Below, piece by piece: positions 14,991 through 30,073 of a stretch of 64,000 nt of DNA (position 1 is the stretch's first letter; every line of letters starts with the position of its first letter). The notes beneath the pieces were generated by a model. That model was not told where the DNA came from. It did not search any database and saw nothing but the letters and a program-made list of their open reading frames with translations. Position numbers and translations under genes: made by a program. This stretch comes from Eledone cirrhosa (taxonomy: Eukaryota). The stretch is taken from positions 1,240,001-1,304,000 of the forward strand of contig OZ024750.1 in NCBI GenBank assembly GCA_964016885.1. The letters run 5' to 3'.

Positions 14991-15947
14991 ACAGGAGAGG
15001 ATACAGTGAGGGAAAACATGTCTTCCAATTGATGTATATATTCTAGCAGACGACAATATATCCAAAAAGGAAATGGAAACATTATCCTCATATGAAGAAC
15101 TGGATATGAAAATATCCCGAAAGTGGATGATGGAAACAAACAATACCTATAATAATTGGTGTTCATGAATGATAAAAACCACACAGACAGAGACATTACC
15201 AAACCCCAGAACTTACAAATATATACAGCAAACATAAAATAGAATTACTAGGCACTGTGTACATATTGTTTTTAAATTTGGCTCAAAGCCAATAGGCGCT
15301 GCGCACATATTATGAAATATACTCTCAACATAATAAAAATAACAACACCAAAAGTAACACTGCATATACCCAAGGCGTACAGAGCTTTGCCCGATAATGC
15401 AGTAACAACACGCAATACAAATGAGACTTTGACTACTACTAATACAAATAATAATCATATTGTTGTTTGATATTGAATTCTGTTAGTTGTGAAATCATTA
15501 ATTACATTCAATCAGTATTGACAGAAATTGGATCACATCGTTGCGTGAAAATAGAACCAACCAACTTTGTGAAGGTTGCCAAATATTTCTGAGGCAATAA
15601 CAAGTTTAATCTTATAAAGAAATAACATAATTCCTTGCTAAAAAATGTAGTTTTGTCGTGGTCAAACTCTGATATGATTTAGAGTCCCTACGAGGACTGT
15701 CCCCGACTGAGGACTGTAGAATATTCTACACTAGTTCTTGTTAGACGTTGATTTCAGAATATGCCAGCCCTTTTAAAAACTGACCCCATCTAGGAATGAT
15801 AAACCATTTCAAACCAATATAATCACACAATAGTTCTGGAAAAAAACCCCCCAAAACAAAAAAAAAAAATAACTGAAAATGAGGTTTTTATTATTTTATA
15901 AATTTTCACTAGTAGAGAGCGAGAGAGAGCGAGAGAGAGAGAGAAAG

Positions 15948-16043
<96 letters not shown>

Positions 16044-16299
16044 GGTTTGTAACATAGAAACAAGACACCTAGCAATTTAGACATCAACTATGTAAATACT
16101 TATGTCTGTCTGTAAGTGTTTGTCTATTTGTGTGTGCAGGTATGGGTCATATGTGTAGGCCTGTATGTTTCCAGATATATGTGTACACGTGTAAATGTTT
16201 CTGTATATACACATGTGTATATACAGTTATTACATGTTCAATTTGTGAAATGTTTTGCATATTTTCACACTTCCATTAACAGAATGTACTTCCAACTTA

Positions 16300-16452
16300 C
16301 TAACAGAGCCGCGCCCTTTCTGGTTCCGTTTAGTTTCTCAGGATTTGTATTGTGACAATTAGTAACATATACAAGAGAACTAATCACCACAGGGACAAAT
16401 TTAAAAGTAGAGTCAGGGTGGAGTATCTGCAGATTCCTCATTAGTTCAGCGT
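16300..16452 (-). pseudogene. RLE-type LINE C-terminal fragment
   Basis: HAELMRNLQILHPDSTFKFVPVVISSLVYVTNCHNTNPEKL resembles the ..VPIVIGALG.V.. end of the RLE endonuclease domain. Confidence 0.6.
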
Positions 16453-16459
16453 GTCTCTG

Positions 16460-16491
<32 letters not shown>

Positions 16492-16732
16492 TGTATGTAT
16501 GTATGTATGTATGTATGTATGTATGTATGTATGCATGTATGCATATATGCATATATGTATGTTTATTTCTCTTTTTCTTAATTTCGAGTACATGTTTTGT
16601 ATGTGTGTGTATGTATGTATATGCATGCAAGCATGTATGTATGTATGTATGTATGTATGTATGTATGTATGTATGTATGTATGTATGTATGTATGTATGT
16701 ATGTATGTATGTATGTATGTATGTATGTATGT
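16460..16732. repeat. (ATGT)n microsatellites
   Basis: Direct reading. Confidence 0.97.
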
Positions 16733-16939
16733 AGTTGTACTGTATGTATGAGGGATTATAGATCTGAAGCAATATACATACATTCCGACCGACATAATTT
16801 TATAATTTCATTAAAGTCTTAAACAAATTATATTCTTGTGATTATATAGGAATTATGGCTTCATGTTTTTTTATCAAGAAAAATATGTTGCTATAACAAC
16901 TGCAGAAAAATAAATGGTATTATTATATAAATATCAAAA

Positions 16940-17265
16940 GCGCCGAGATTGGCAGTGTCGGTAGAGCATCGAACAATATGCTTTGCGGTGTAGAGTTACG
17001 GCCCCTTAAGGTTCTGAGTTCAAATACCGCTGAGGTTTGCTTTGCCTTTCATCCTTACTGGGTCGATAAAATAAAGCACCAGTAATACACTGGGGTCGAT
17101 TTAATCGACTTGCTCCTCCCCCAAAACATTTTTGACCTTCTGCCTAAATCAGAAACCAATCCCGCCGAGGTTAACTTTGCCTTTCATCCTTACGGGGGTC
17201 GATAAAATAAAGTACCAGTAATACACTGGGATAATTGCTGGCCTTGTGCCAAAAGTAGAAACAAT
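16940..17265 (+). mobile_element. SINE dimer (long variant plus 5'-truncated short variant) within one TSD
   Basis: 21-bp TSD attattatataaatatcaaaa at 16919-16939 and 17264-17284. Confidence 0.9.
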
Positions 17266-18249
17266 TATTATATAAATATCAAAATGACGACGACGATGAT
17301 GATGAATGAATGAATGAATGAATGACAGGTATAATTACAGGTAAGGGCGATGAAGAGGACCTGAACGATCATAATATTAATCATGATGATTGTGAAGGAT
17401 TATTCTATGTGCTGAAAAATGATGAAAAGTGTGATTTTGGAGGAATTTAAAGAAATTTCGTGTTTAGAAAGTTTAATATTTACCAGGTAATTGTAACTTA
17501 ATGTCATATTAAAATCTTACTGCATTAATAGTGCTCCCGGATTAACTTTCATTTTTCGTATTTATCAGTTCTCTTTAAAATTTATAGCCTTAAGCTGCAT
17601 TAAATTATCTAATTAGCATTAAAATTCCATCATTGATTATACGGTACTGTGAAGTGTGTAACTACGATGAAGGTAGACGATCATGTACGTTGGATATAAT
17701 AAGTAATAGTTATATATAATCATTTATAGAAGAGCTACATTAATTAGTTGGACGTGTGTTTCTATGAGTTTCTTTGATAATTACATGTTTTCATTCTCTT
17801 TAATTATTTAACATACTATTTGAGGTTCTTTTAATAATATATACATTTTCACTTTGAATTTCTGTTCCTCAGCAGTAATATCCTGGATTTAGTCGACAAC
17901 TGAAAGTTAGCTTAAAGTTCTGATCTTTTATATGTATGTTCCACTTCTATATGACGATATGAAATATCGCCTTTTCAGACATTAAACAAGAGCGATTTAG
18001 ATAAACACCGGGGCAAAGAACTAGCAAGCATGGCGTCTTGTATTTCTAGTAATTCAGTTCATTACATCATTAATGCATTTCATAGCCAGAACTTCTCTAT
18101 AACGTTCCTTAATATCTTGAGCCTCCATAAGAAACAATTATTTCTTCTATGTAAAAGCTCGACATACAATTATAGCTATTAGATTTCAATTCCATCGCTA
18201 ATGACACTGGATAAAGTCATAAACGTCACAATTTACTATTTATATCTCG

Positions 18250-18750
18250 TGACTGAAACTCCTGAGGTTTATAGCTACAACGGAAACCACTCTGCTGGTT
18301 AAATCATCTTCACTTAGAACAACGGCCGCTGACAGATAAAACCCTATATACTACTTTTCACTTCGAACAAATCTAAAAGAAAATCTCTTAGTGTTAACGT
18401 ATATCATGATATCATCACACATCAAAGCAACTCTTATCTTTTTGCAAATTAAGCACATCTACTGTCACATGTTTTCCGAGAAAATTCCTTTTTTTATAAA
18501 ACCTAATCAAAATTGCCACACATTTTCGTATTCCTAGCCATTCAGACACAATTCTCTTTCAAAATATTTCATTGAATTCATTTAGTTATGTGTAGTTATA
18601 TATATTACCAGCATTTATCAATCGCAATCTCATATTTACGTCTATTTTTCCCCAGTAAATTTATACCTCTCCGTTTACTTTAACTGTTATTTTTCTCTCC
18701 ATTACACAATCGCATTGTCTTTTATAATTTAATTCCCCCACTCTACCCGA
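18250..18750 (-). pseudogene. Possible ancient LINE RT remnant
   Basis: Very degraded hints of NYRGI.LL, QFGF and DL.K.FD motifs in order on the minus strand. Confidence 0.25.
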
Positions 18751-21313
18751 CTTTCATTTTCTCCGCTAATTCTTTCCTACTATTTATTTCTATAACTTTA
18801 ACAACCTTTTTAATTTTATATATTGCTACCTATCTTCTATAAAAAAATTGTTTCAATTGAAATTAGGTGTTATACATTGTAATCTGATATTGATATCTTT
18901 ATAACAGTGACTCGTTTGGAATCCAGCTAGAAAATCTTTACACTTTCTTATTTATCACTTGCATAGACATGCACCAAAATATTTCAGCAGACTGTATCGT
19001 GGATTTGAGCAACTCCAGTACTGAATTTAGGCCATGTTTTGGAAACTCTGAAAGGGATGACAAGCAAACATGATTCTGGTAAACAGCCGAAACCAATAAC
19101 CGGTGCTATAACATTATATTTAACAGCAGGATATCATGAGAAACATAGGTGAAAGGCAAATAAAAGTGTATTTGAAAAAGATAGAAAGGAAATTAAAAGA
19201 AAAAAATGGGTTAGTTGGGAAAACATCCAAGGAAATATTAAGAGATAGAGAATGTTAAACAAAGTAGTTTGAATTGTAATGAACACCGTACCATGTACAT
19301 TCACCATGTGCCTCACTTTTAACCCAGTTTTAATTTTAGTTTGTAGTTAATGTCAATAGAAGAAGATAAGAAGGTGACATGTACACAGAGTCCCTGTCTC
19401 ATATAATATTTGCTGTTGTTTGTTTATGATTTATGTTTACAAAACTGACGATATTCGATATTCGAACTCAGAATGTAAAGATAAGTAATATTCTATTGCA
19501 GGGATTTTTCCCCGTCTCTCTAGCGAAACTACAAACGTAATATCTGCCGAGGAGTCGCTAATTTGTTGAGATCCAAATTGAAGTTTCGGGTTTGATTACT
19601 AGTTGTTGCAATTTTACATCAATTATGTAGTTAATATATTTCAGAAATGGGTAAATCTCTCATGATCTGACCACTTATAAGGCAGAGGAGTTGTGATTAA
19701 ATAAGAAATGAAATTATACACTAGCAAATTGGTGACTAAGGAGACATAAGAAGAAATACTATAAGAAATGTCAATTAATTTCCTTTCAGTGACAGTATTA
19801 TATTGATTTCTGCCAGAAGAACATAACTGAGATACTATAGGCTGGAGGAAGCTGAAGTCGATTCCGTTCCGATAGAATTGATGTGGGCACAACTGTATAT
19901 TTAAATCAATAGATTATGTCAGTTTATTAAGAGCTAATTGTGGATAATATAACAATATGAATGTATTTATGAATGTGGAATGCAGAACATAGCTGTATAT
20001 AAGGATTACTTATAGTGGTTAAGACGAAAACGTGAGAGTAATGAGCCCATGCTGTTGTAAAAGGAATTTATCGTTCAGGTGTTGAATTATAGTTACAGAT
20101 AATTCTACACCTGAGTCATAAATTCGTTTGCAATATCGGCCCAGTGTGACCAGATTACTAGTTCTAAGTTGTTACTCTCAAGTACAACTAACATTAACGA
20201 CTGCAGTTGGACTTACACCGATGCTATGCTTGAATCTATGTTGCTATATACATTATTGGTAACATAATAAGTTAACGCAGAACACAATCTTACTGATATA
20301 GGATTTTTCCCATTAAGTTTCGTAAATAACATGTAATTAGCCATATTATATTCCATGTTAGATTACATAGAATACGTAATATATCGTTAAGTTTGGCAAT
20401 GTACAGTATAAAACTCGACTAACACCAGCTAATTGAATGCTATAAACCAAGAGTTAAAGAATGTACATAGAAACATCCATTATAGAATCTAAATCAGATT
20501 TTCTTTCGTTTTCATGATACAAATCTTCTCATGTAAAAATTCCGAAGTAGTTGACCTGAAGAACTTTATATATTAAGTATTGATTAAGAATCAGTTCTAA
20601 GGATAGAATTGGTTGTGAATTTTCTCAGCTAATTTGAGAGTAATCACAAGACGAACAATTTAATCATTTTCTCAAAACATTAATTTGTCCACCAACATTA
20701 AGGAACCTCTTCAAAATTCATTTTAAAGACACGACCATGGTTTGGTTAAATCTTTATCCTTTCTCGCGGGAAGGGTCAGTAAAATTCGTACCATTAGTAT
20801 ATTAATACAATGAAATATAGCAACCTATTAAAATTAAATTCTAATTGCAGTACATGTGTTTGTTGTTTTATGTGATAGTCATAACATTTGACTTGGTAAC
20901 AAGGACGTCGTATTTATCATTTTACATCAAAGCATCTCTGTATTTGATGGGTTTCATGTTTAAATCCTACTGCTCTCGAATATGTTTTTCATATTTCTTT
21001 AATACATTAAAGTCGTTTCAGTCAACTGTATAGTACTAACACGAAAACAATACTGCCAATAAAAAATCAAAAATCACTACGCTTTTCGATGCATCAGATA
21101 TTAGATATTAGTAGCTGTTAGGAATATTGGTAAAATAATAAGTTCCTATATATATATATATTCGAGAGGTGACCACAGTTAAAAAGGCAGTGAATATGTT
21201 AGCACAATATAGCTGACCTAATTTTATATAGAAATAAATTCTACCGTACTTGAAGTGTTCCATTCATGAAACAGTGCTAGTCCTGTAGAAGTCATTTCTA
21301 TATAAAATAAAAA

Positions 21314-21379
<66 letters not shown>

Positions 21380-22781
21380 TGTTTTGTTCAGAATCACCTG
21401 ATTGTTAGTCCACTACATCTCTGCTATCCTATTCTACAATGTTTTGATGTGTATAATGGTAATATCATCTTAGGATGCGTAGATTGAAATAATTTGTCTT
21501 TAGAATATAGTCAGAGCGCAATATTATGTTTTAAAAATGGATTAACTTGCTTTATTGCTGTTTACAAAGTTATGACAGACTTTATATCTTATAAAATCGA
21601 TAAGCTATATATTTTCTTTAATCAATCTGGTCTTGTGAATTCTTCCTATGACATTTAATGAATGTTTCTCAAAACACGAAAACCTGATATTGTACTAATG
21701 GAATTATATGTTATTAAAGTATAACGGTAATGTAGTATTGACAGTTTGATCTTTTACTAAGATTGATAATAGACATTTTGACTTTAGAGTTGTACTTGTG
21801 ACATGTGATAATTCATTGCCAAACTACCAGAATCTTCCTTTCTCTACCTTTCTTCACAGTATAGTTCTAATGACAGTTACGTTGCGACTCAATATTTTGC
21901 ACTACAATAGGATTTATTGCAAATTTATTCTGCACATCTATCAGATATTAATCAAATTCCAAGTTAATCAGTATTTCCGATATTTTATCACTAGGATCAG
22001 AGAATTATTGATGGGAACATTGTTCTCATAGGATTAACCTTCGCACTGGCACTGCCCAGTCTAACTTGATGTAACCACTGTGAAAGAGTTTAAGGGAGTC
22101 TGGTCAGTACACCAAAACGAATAATGACATATCTTGCAATGCTAAGTATCAGTCCATCAATTCATCTGTTCGTGGGGTTTTCATGCTAAAAACACCCACA
22201 TTTTGGATCAGCCTACATTCGAAACTAGAGACTACATTAGCTGCGGTGCTATGGTAATTAAGGTATAAGCTATCTGTGATATAATAATTATTTTGATGAG
22301 GATTTGTGAGACAGAAACAAACAGTAGACGTAAACACAAATATAGTCACGGATACACACATATAACCCCCCCCCCATATATATATATATACATTTTACAC
22401 ACGCACACACACACATTATATATATATATATATATATATTTATTATAATATATATATATAATACCCGTACAGTAAATTTGTTACGATTTTTATTGATTTA
22501 AACATTGAAGGTTAAATTTCTGTAAAAAATTCCCGAATTAAATTCCGTTCAATATTAACCTTAGTTTCTATAAGGAAACAACACAGAATTATGAAACGAT
22601 AGAGTGTCAGTGCGCTTATTGTGCAAATCTCCAAATATATATACATACACAAATACACACATACATACATTAGTGTATATATATATATATATATATGAGT
22701 GTGTGTATATATGTATAAATATATATATATATATATATACATACGTATATATATATATATATATGAGTGTGGGTATATATG

Positions 22782-22837
<56 letters not shown>

Positions 22838-23440
22838 TGTGTATATGTATATATATATCTGTGTGTATGTGTGTGTATGTGTGTGTATGTGTGTGTGTAT
22901 GTGTGTGTGTATGTGTGTGTATGTGTGTGTGCGCGTATATGTGTGTGTGTAAATGTGTAAATGTGTAAATAGCCCGTAGATCAGTTCAAAGTTTCTCAGT
23001 GAATATTTTAAATTTGATATTCAATTGGATTCTTAATCTTTAAAAAAAATAAAATTAATATTTAAATTACCAAAGAGGCCAAAATAATAAAAAAGATAAC
23101 ATTACTAGCGTGAAGTTCTCCACAATACCACAACCAGCTCTGTTTAACCCAATTTAGCAACAACCAAACACATGCAGATGACATTCGAGATGTAATGAAT
23201 ACCAATACTGAATAGAATTGGATGTAATTGCTTTTTCCTCTTCCACGCAACCAAACATATTCTTTATATAGACATAAATATTTTATATGTAATATGCCTT
23301 GTTTTTTGTCTTACACTATTCCGACTTCCAGCTGATTTAGTAAATACTGTTGTACTTCATATAAGACACACATTGATCGTTATAAAAAACAACTTCTATA
23401 TTTCTATAATCGATGATACACACACACACATATGTATATG

Positions 23441-23471
<31 letters not shown>

Positions 23472-23683
23472 GAAGGTATATAAGAAATGAATTTTTAATG
23501 ATATGTTTGCTTCTTGTTAACGGTATCAACGCTTGTTTTTAACTATGAAAAAATACTGTAGCATATCAGTCACTAAGAACGGAAAAAAGTGGACAGCATT
23601 GCTCTTGCATCATAAACCCACGCATGCCCCATGTCGGGCGGCTGTGCTACCCGTTACAACAAAGCAAACCTACAAATTTTTCC

Positions 23684-23932
23684 CCTTATTTTCAGGCCGT
23701 TATGTAAACAAACGATCGATATTCATAAACGTTGAGCGGATATGAATTTCATTTTGAAAATATGTTAGCTGATATATTTCCACCACTAGAGTCGGATGTT
23801 CACAACTTTTTAGTCTACTTTTCGTAGTCGAAAACATGCGCTGGAATTGTTAGCCTTAAGCGAATATATTTTCAAACATTTCATATCCGCTTAAATCAAT
23901 TGTTTGTTTACATACCGGCCGAAAATATAAGG
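23684..23932. mobile_element. MITE-like element with long imperfect TIRs
   Basis: ccttattttcaggccgttatgtaaacaaac...gcggatatgaa is mirrored by ttcatatccgc...gtttgtttacataccggccgaaaatataagg. Confidence 0.65.
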
Positions 23933-23959
23933 CTTAAAACATCAAAAGAATGAAGCCTG

Positions 23960-24040
<81 letters not shown>

Positions 24041-24509
24041 CATAGCGGGGAAAAAATTGTCTTTATAAATAATAATAGAAAAAAAAAACAAAGATAAAAA
24101 AACAAGTGATCAAAAATTCAAAATAAATGACTAACTAAGAACGCTCTATGTATAATCTCTACTGAACTATATTATATACATAAAGAACAAACTACTAGTA
24201 TTAAAGCAAGCATTAAGACACAACATTCCGTTATATTAGTATCAGTCTTAGAATACATCAAATTTCAACTCACGAAAGATTTGCAGTTTCAGATTGACGT
24301 TGTCTAAAATGTTTTTAAAAGGATTTCATTAAATATATTGTTTTCAATAATAAGATAACAACATTGTGTACACATTGAATACAAGACACGTTTCAGGACA
24401 CACTATTTAAATACATACACTAACATACACGCGTATACACACGCACACACACGCACACACAAATAAATATTTATATACATACATTCATGCATATATATAT
24501 AGATAGATA

Positions 24510-24548
<39 letters not shown>

Positions 24549-24568
24549 CTATCTCTCTCTCTCTATAA

Positions 24569-24599
<31 letters not shown>

Positions 24600-25320
24600 C
24601 ATTCAATACATACATAAAAGAATATCAAGAAATAATTAATATAATTGTATTTATGCCAAGGCATATAAAGGTAGGTGAGAAAATTGATAATAACCTTCGC
24701 CACTGCTCTCTCATTTCCAGAAGTTCTGCCCTCGATCTTATACGGACCTCTTCTTTCTTCAGTCTACAATTATAAAGGATGAAACAAAATATATTAAAAA
24801 CATAAAACATAAATCGACTTAGTAAAGAAATGATGGAACAAACACCATTACTTTCATTGATATTCTCTTGCTAGAATACAAGTAAATAGAAAAAGAAGAA
24901 GGTTCGCGACATATAAAAGTGTTCCAATTGGACTGATTCTGCTAAATAGATTCTGTAATGTTGTCGATTGACGTAAAGCATATAACATATTTCTTTGAAA
25001 GATGTATTGTCGAAATAATGACAAAAGAAAAGACGCGATGACAAAGAAAAGAAGATAATAGAAAAAAAATATGACTGCCCAAAGCAAAATATTTTAGCAT
25101 TGAAATCGATGAAAATAGATAATTTTTCATTGAATGAGACGAAGTAGCGAATCTTGTTTTTCTTATTTGTTCTTTGTTTATTATTGCAATTTCCACTGTA
25201 CATTAAAGATATATGATAGAATTGAATGATTAGAATGGAAAGCTAGGGTGTTTGTGTATTTCTCTTTGTACACATGTGATGCTTCTCGATAATTCAGTAA
25301 TTGCTTGAAGATAATACGAC

Positions 25321-25506
25321 AGGTGGATTGGCAGTATCGGTAGAGAGTCAGACGCCATGCTTTCCAGCATAGTTACGTCCCTTTACGGTCTGAGTTCAAA
25401 TCCCGCCGAGGTTCACTTTGCCTTTCATCCTTACGGGGTCGATAAAATAAAGTACCAGTAATGTACTGGGTAATTACTGGCCTTGTGCCAAAAGTAGAAA
25501 CAATTA
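25321..25506 (+). mobile_element. tRNA-derived SINE, short variant, full length
   Basis: A/B boxes and central domain. Confidence 0.92.
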
Positions 25507-27800
25507 TATATAATAAAAAATATATGTTGTCAGGCAATGGACAAATCTATTTTTGTTACTAAGAACATTTATTTGATCGATAGGAAATACATTCCAAATT
25601 TACAAGAAACCATATCTATCCACATTCCCCTACATTCTAATAGATATCAGATTTGATTTTTCTATAATAATAAGAAGGAATATATACATTCCAAACAACC
25701 ATACACATACAGAGGCGTGCCTAGAATTCTTTTTATCTCGTTCTGATTCTTTAGCTCTTCCATCTATCTCCCTCAATGATTCACGATAAGAATGCATTAT
25801 AGTATTTTTATGATACTAAGCAATGTGTATTTTGTTATCTGTCAATGATTTTCTGACATGTAGATAGACAATTCCTTTAAAGTTTACAGTTAAAATTAGT
25901 TTCGAAGAAAGTAGTGTCTCGCTTTGGCGATGTAATCTAAGTGCAATTCGGTTATTTAAACTCCTGAAATTGTTCAGTTTTGCCATAGTAAGTTAATTTT
26001 AACCATTGTAATGGGAAATTACATTATTATAATAAAATAGATTTAATTGAGATATTTAAAAGTTTGTACGGCTGCTGATATCAGAAAGAATTATCATCAA
26101 ACATTGGCTCAGAAAATAACTAAAATACTTATACTAAACCTAAGTTTAGATTATTTACTTTGTGATCAAAAAAATGTTAGTAGATAACATCTGTGTAATT
26201 CAGTGCACAAAATCTCACACATGCACAAATATACACATACACCAAAACATATATATACACACAAGTACACTTGCACTCAGAAAGCTACAAACAAACACGG
26301 AAGTATTCTAGTATACAGATTCTACGGAAACACTGCTTCATATAATTTCTATAACGCATTAACATGCTAAAGGTCTGTTCGTCATATATGATTGATATGC
26401 CAACAACAGATCTAATTATCATGAATGAAGCGCCTTCGTAAATGGTATTCAACATTTTCAATGAAATCTTTCTATTCTAAGAAGCTCTCAGAACGAACGA
26501 AAGAGATTAAGAAAAAAAAAAAATAGCTGATAAATAGACGTCATTGGTTCTTGTATTACACATACACAAAAGAATATTGGCAGAAGTACGTAACAGGAAC
26601 AAATTGGCAGATAAGAACTTCTTGTTCAGCTGTCATAGATATGGAATGGGTTTACAGAAAATTTAACTGGTTCTCTAGAAGAAAAGGGCATTTATGGAAT
26701 CCTATTTTCAGCATTGTTCTACTTCACTAACTGCAATAACTGATCAAGGCAAATACATATTGCTCTTTTGTTAAGGAGGTCAAAAACAAGAATATATATT
26801 ATATCCTTGAAAGAACAAAACTACGATTTGACCTAATATTTAAACAGTGTATAAGTCGGTCAAAATAAAACCAACTAAAAGAACAAAGACGAAAATGCCT
26901 GTATATATGATTTATCGCATCGAATGTGGTGGTTACTGTCGTCTTACAAAAGTAGACATATACTATACTGGTGCAATACTTATATATGTTGTATAACACA
27001 TCTATAGTAAGTAGTATAAGGTTTAACCATATTTAAGCCAATAACAAGCTCCAAACTATAACTCATTGCCAAGGCACCCCAAAAAGTGTTTTCTATTTTT
27101 AAATAATTTTCCCGTTTCGCTAAACTTACTCCTGCTTTATAACTAATTTGCATTCTAAATATTAACTTACGAGCAACATACGAATGACATTAATATTGGT
27201 GTTGTTTAGTTATCCATCATTCAAACTGAAATCATTCAAACTGAAGCTCGTTGGATATCAAAATGCATAAATATGTATGTATAGCAATAAAGGTTGCTAG
27301 ATAGATCCACAGAAATATATAATTTACATTACGTTTGCTCTTTCTACATTACTAAACTTTTAAATCCAGATGTGACGTATTTAAACAAAAGCTTAATTTA
27401 GCATGAAAATGGATTACAGAAGTTTCATATATATTGTAAAGTTGAAATACTACATATTCCTGAAATATGATCACAATAACGAAAGTGCAATTGAAGCAGT
27501 TTGGAACTTAAATTCCCATAACTAAGTAATCTATAATAGATATCTACTGGGAGTTCTCTCTAACATTTATGAGATATTTCAAATGATGTACATGAAGTAT
27601 TCCAGTGGTTTTAGTTCTTGCACTGTCGTAAAACTAGGACAGCAGTTTTAATGGTTTAGTTGATCATATCAATACATATCTTAGTGTTGTATACATTTTA
27701 TCGATATCTATATATCGCACAACTAAATAACAGAAAATAGAGATAACTGGATTTAAACCGCTATTGACACACATCTACAAACAACAGCCCCCCCCCTCAT

Positions 27801-27862
<62 letters not shown>

Positions 27863-27875
27863 TATATATATACAC

Positions 27876-27966
<91 letters not shown>

Positions 27967-28529
27967 CATACACACACATATATATATATACACACACACA
28001 CATATATATACACACACACACATATATATATATATACACACACACACATATATATATACACACACACATTATATATATACACACACATATTTACAGTACA
28101 TATATATATACAGTACATATATATATATATATATATACAGTATATATATATATATATATATATATAAAAGTGTGTATGTATAGGTCTACTTAGTTTCCAC
28201 ATATAATTACAACGTTTACAAATTGCCTCGCAGTAGTACGGAAGTAAAAACCACTCCGTCGCAATGAGAAATTCTTATCCACACACCCTTGCCTGTCCCT
28301 CTATACTTGTTTATACTTTCACTATAATATAAGCACTACATTTATAGAACCAAGTAGATGTACTCTGAAACCTGGTATAGATTTTATGATACAATGTTAT
28401 CTTTGCAAAGCAATTCCTTCTAGATTTCTAAATAGCATTTATTAGTTGATGGAAGAACAATACATCTGATAATAGATTCAATATATACAGAAATTCATTG
28501 AGGATCACAGACACGCACGCGCGCGCACA

Positions 28530-28660
<131 letters not shown>

Positions 28661-29893
28661 ATTTATAAGTAAAAGTAGGGTGGTGGACTGGTACTATCGG
28701 TAGAGCGTCAGACAAAATACGAAATGTCCATTCGACTGGCTCTCATATAACTTTAGTTTACCACATTTTAAATTCTCGATGGCGCGGAGTGGGATTTTAT
28801 CCGAAAACATAGTTGTTAGGCGAATTTCATACCTTGCTTGTATATGTATAAAATAATAGATATTTTCTGAAGCATATAGACAATCATTCTCCCCCGTTCC
28901 TTCTTTTATCTACTTTTTAGAATTGCATCAATCGTTCCTGTACTTTTCCTTCTACGTCTCTTTATTATATGCCCCCTCTTGCGTTTTTTCAGGGAAAGTG
29001 AAGGACCTAATTTGGCACAATTATCGTCGGTGTGACTGGACACTCTATAGACTTGGCAGGAAATTCCGCTCTGCACGCACTCGAAATTCAATAAAACGAA
29101 TAAAGGGCGTTTTCATATGATTTATTGCAATGATTAATAGTTGGAAGATTGAAAGGAAAATAATTATATATTATCATTTTATTTCCCATCTGCAGATATA
29201 CAAACTTATGATTAACAGTTATATTTTATTCTTTAATTTGTTACTAATATCAAGAATACAGTTATTTTAGTTTGTTGAGACTGGGAAATAAAGTGATAAT
29301 CTTCGACTATTTTGTATTGTAAGAAACATCCTTTTATCTTTCTTGTGTTTGTATCTTTCTGCCAACATAACTATTGTTGTGTTGAGATGTTGATGATTGT
29401 CTATATCATATAAAGTGCCTAGAATATTCCTTTTCTAACGCCTGTTGCTATTATTGTTGCTAGACATGAACGTGTTTAGTTATGGTCTAATTATTCATTC
29501 ATATATTCTTTCTCTTCTGCCATTAAAGTGTAAGTAAAGAAAGACGATGTTTGTAGACTTATTGTCTAAAATAACATCAATACTGATAATCACATTGATG
29601 ATCATAATCATAATATCAATAATGAAAATAACAGCAGTAACAATAACAGCAGTAACAATAACAGCAGTAACAATAACTTCTTTTGTGAAACAAACTAAAA
29701 CAATAACAATTATATATATAATGTGTGTTTCTTTTACATTGGTATCAGACCAGAAATATTGTGGGAAGGTATTGTCAATTAAATCAACCCCAGTAGTTGA
29801 CTGGTATTTCTTTTATCGACACCAGATGGATTAAAGTTAAAATTCATTTTGGTATTCTTCAAAGTCGTAACTAAATACTACCTTACTAAATAT

Positions 29894-30073
29894 TTGTTTC
29901 TACTTTAGGCACAAGGCCAGCAATTACCCAGTTCATTACTGGTACTTTATTTTATCGACCCCGTAAGGATGAAAGGCAAAGTCAACCTCGGCGGGATTTG
30001 AACTCAGATCGTAAAAGGACGTAACTATGCTGGAAAGCATGGCGTCCGACCCTCTACCGATACTGCCAATCCA
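29894..30073 (-). mobile_element. tRNA-derived SINE nested in an older SINE
   Basis: Full family match; flanked by actaccttactaaata at 29877-29892 and 30073-30088. Confidence 0.92.
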
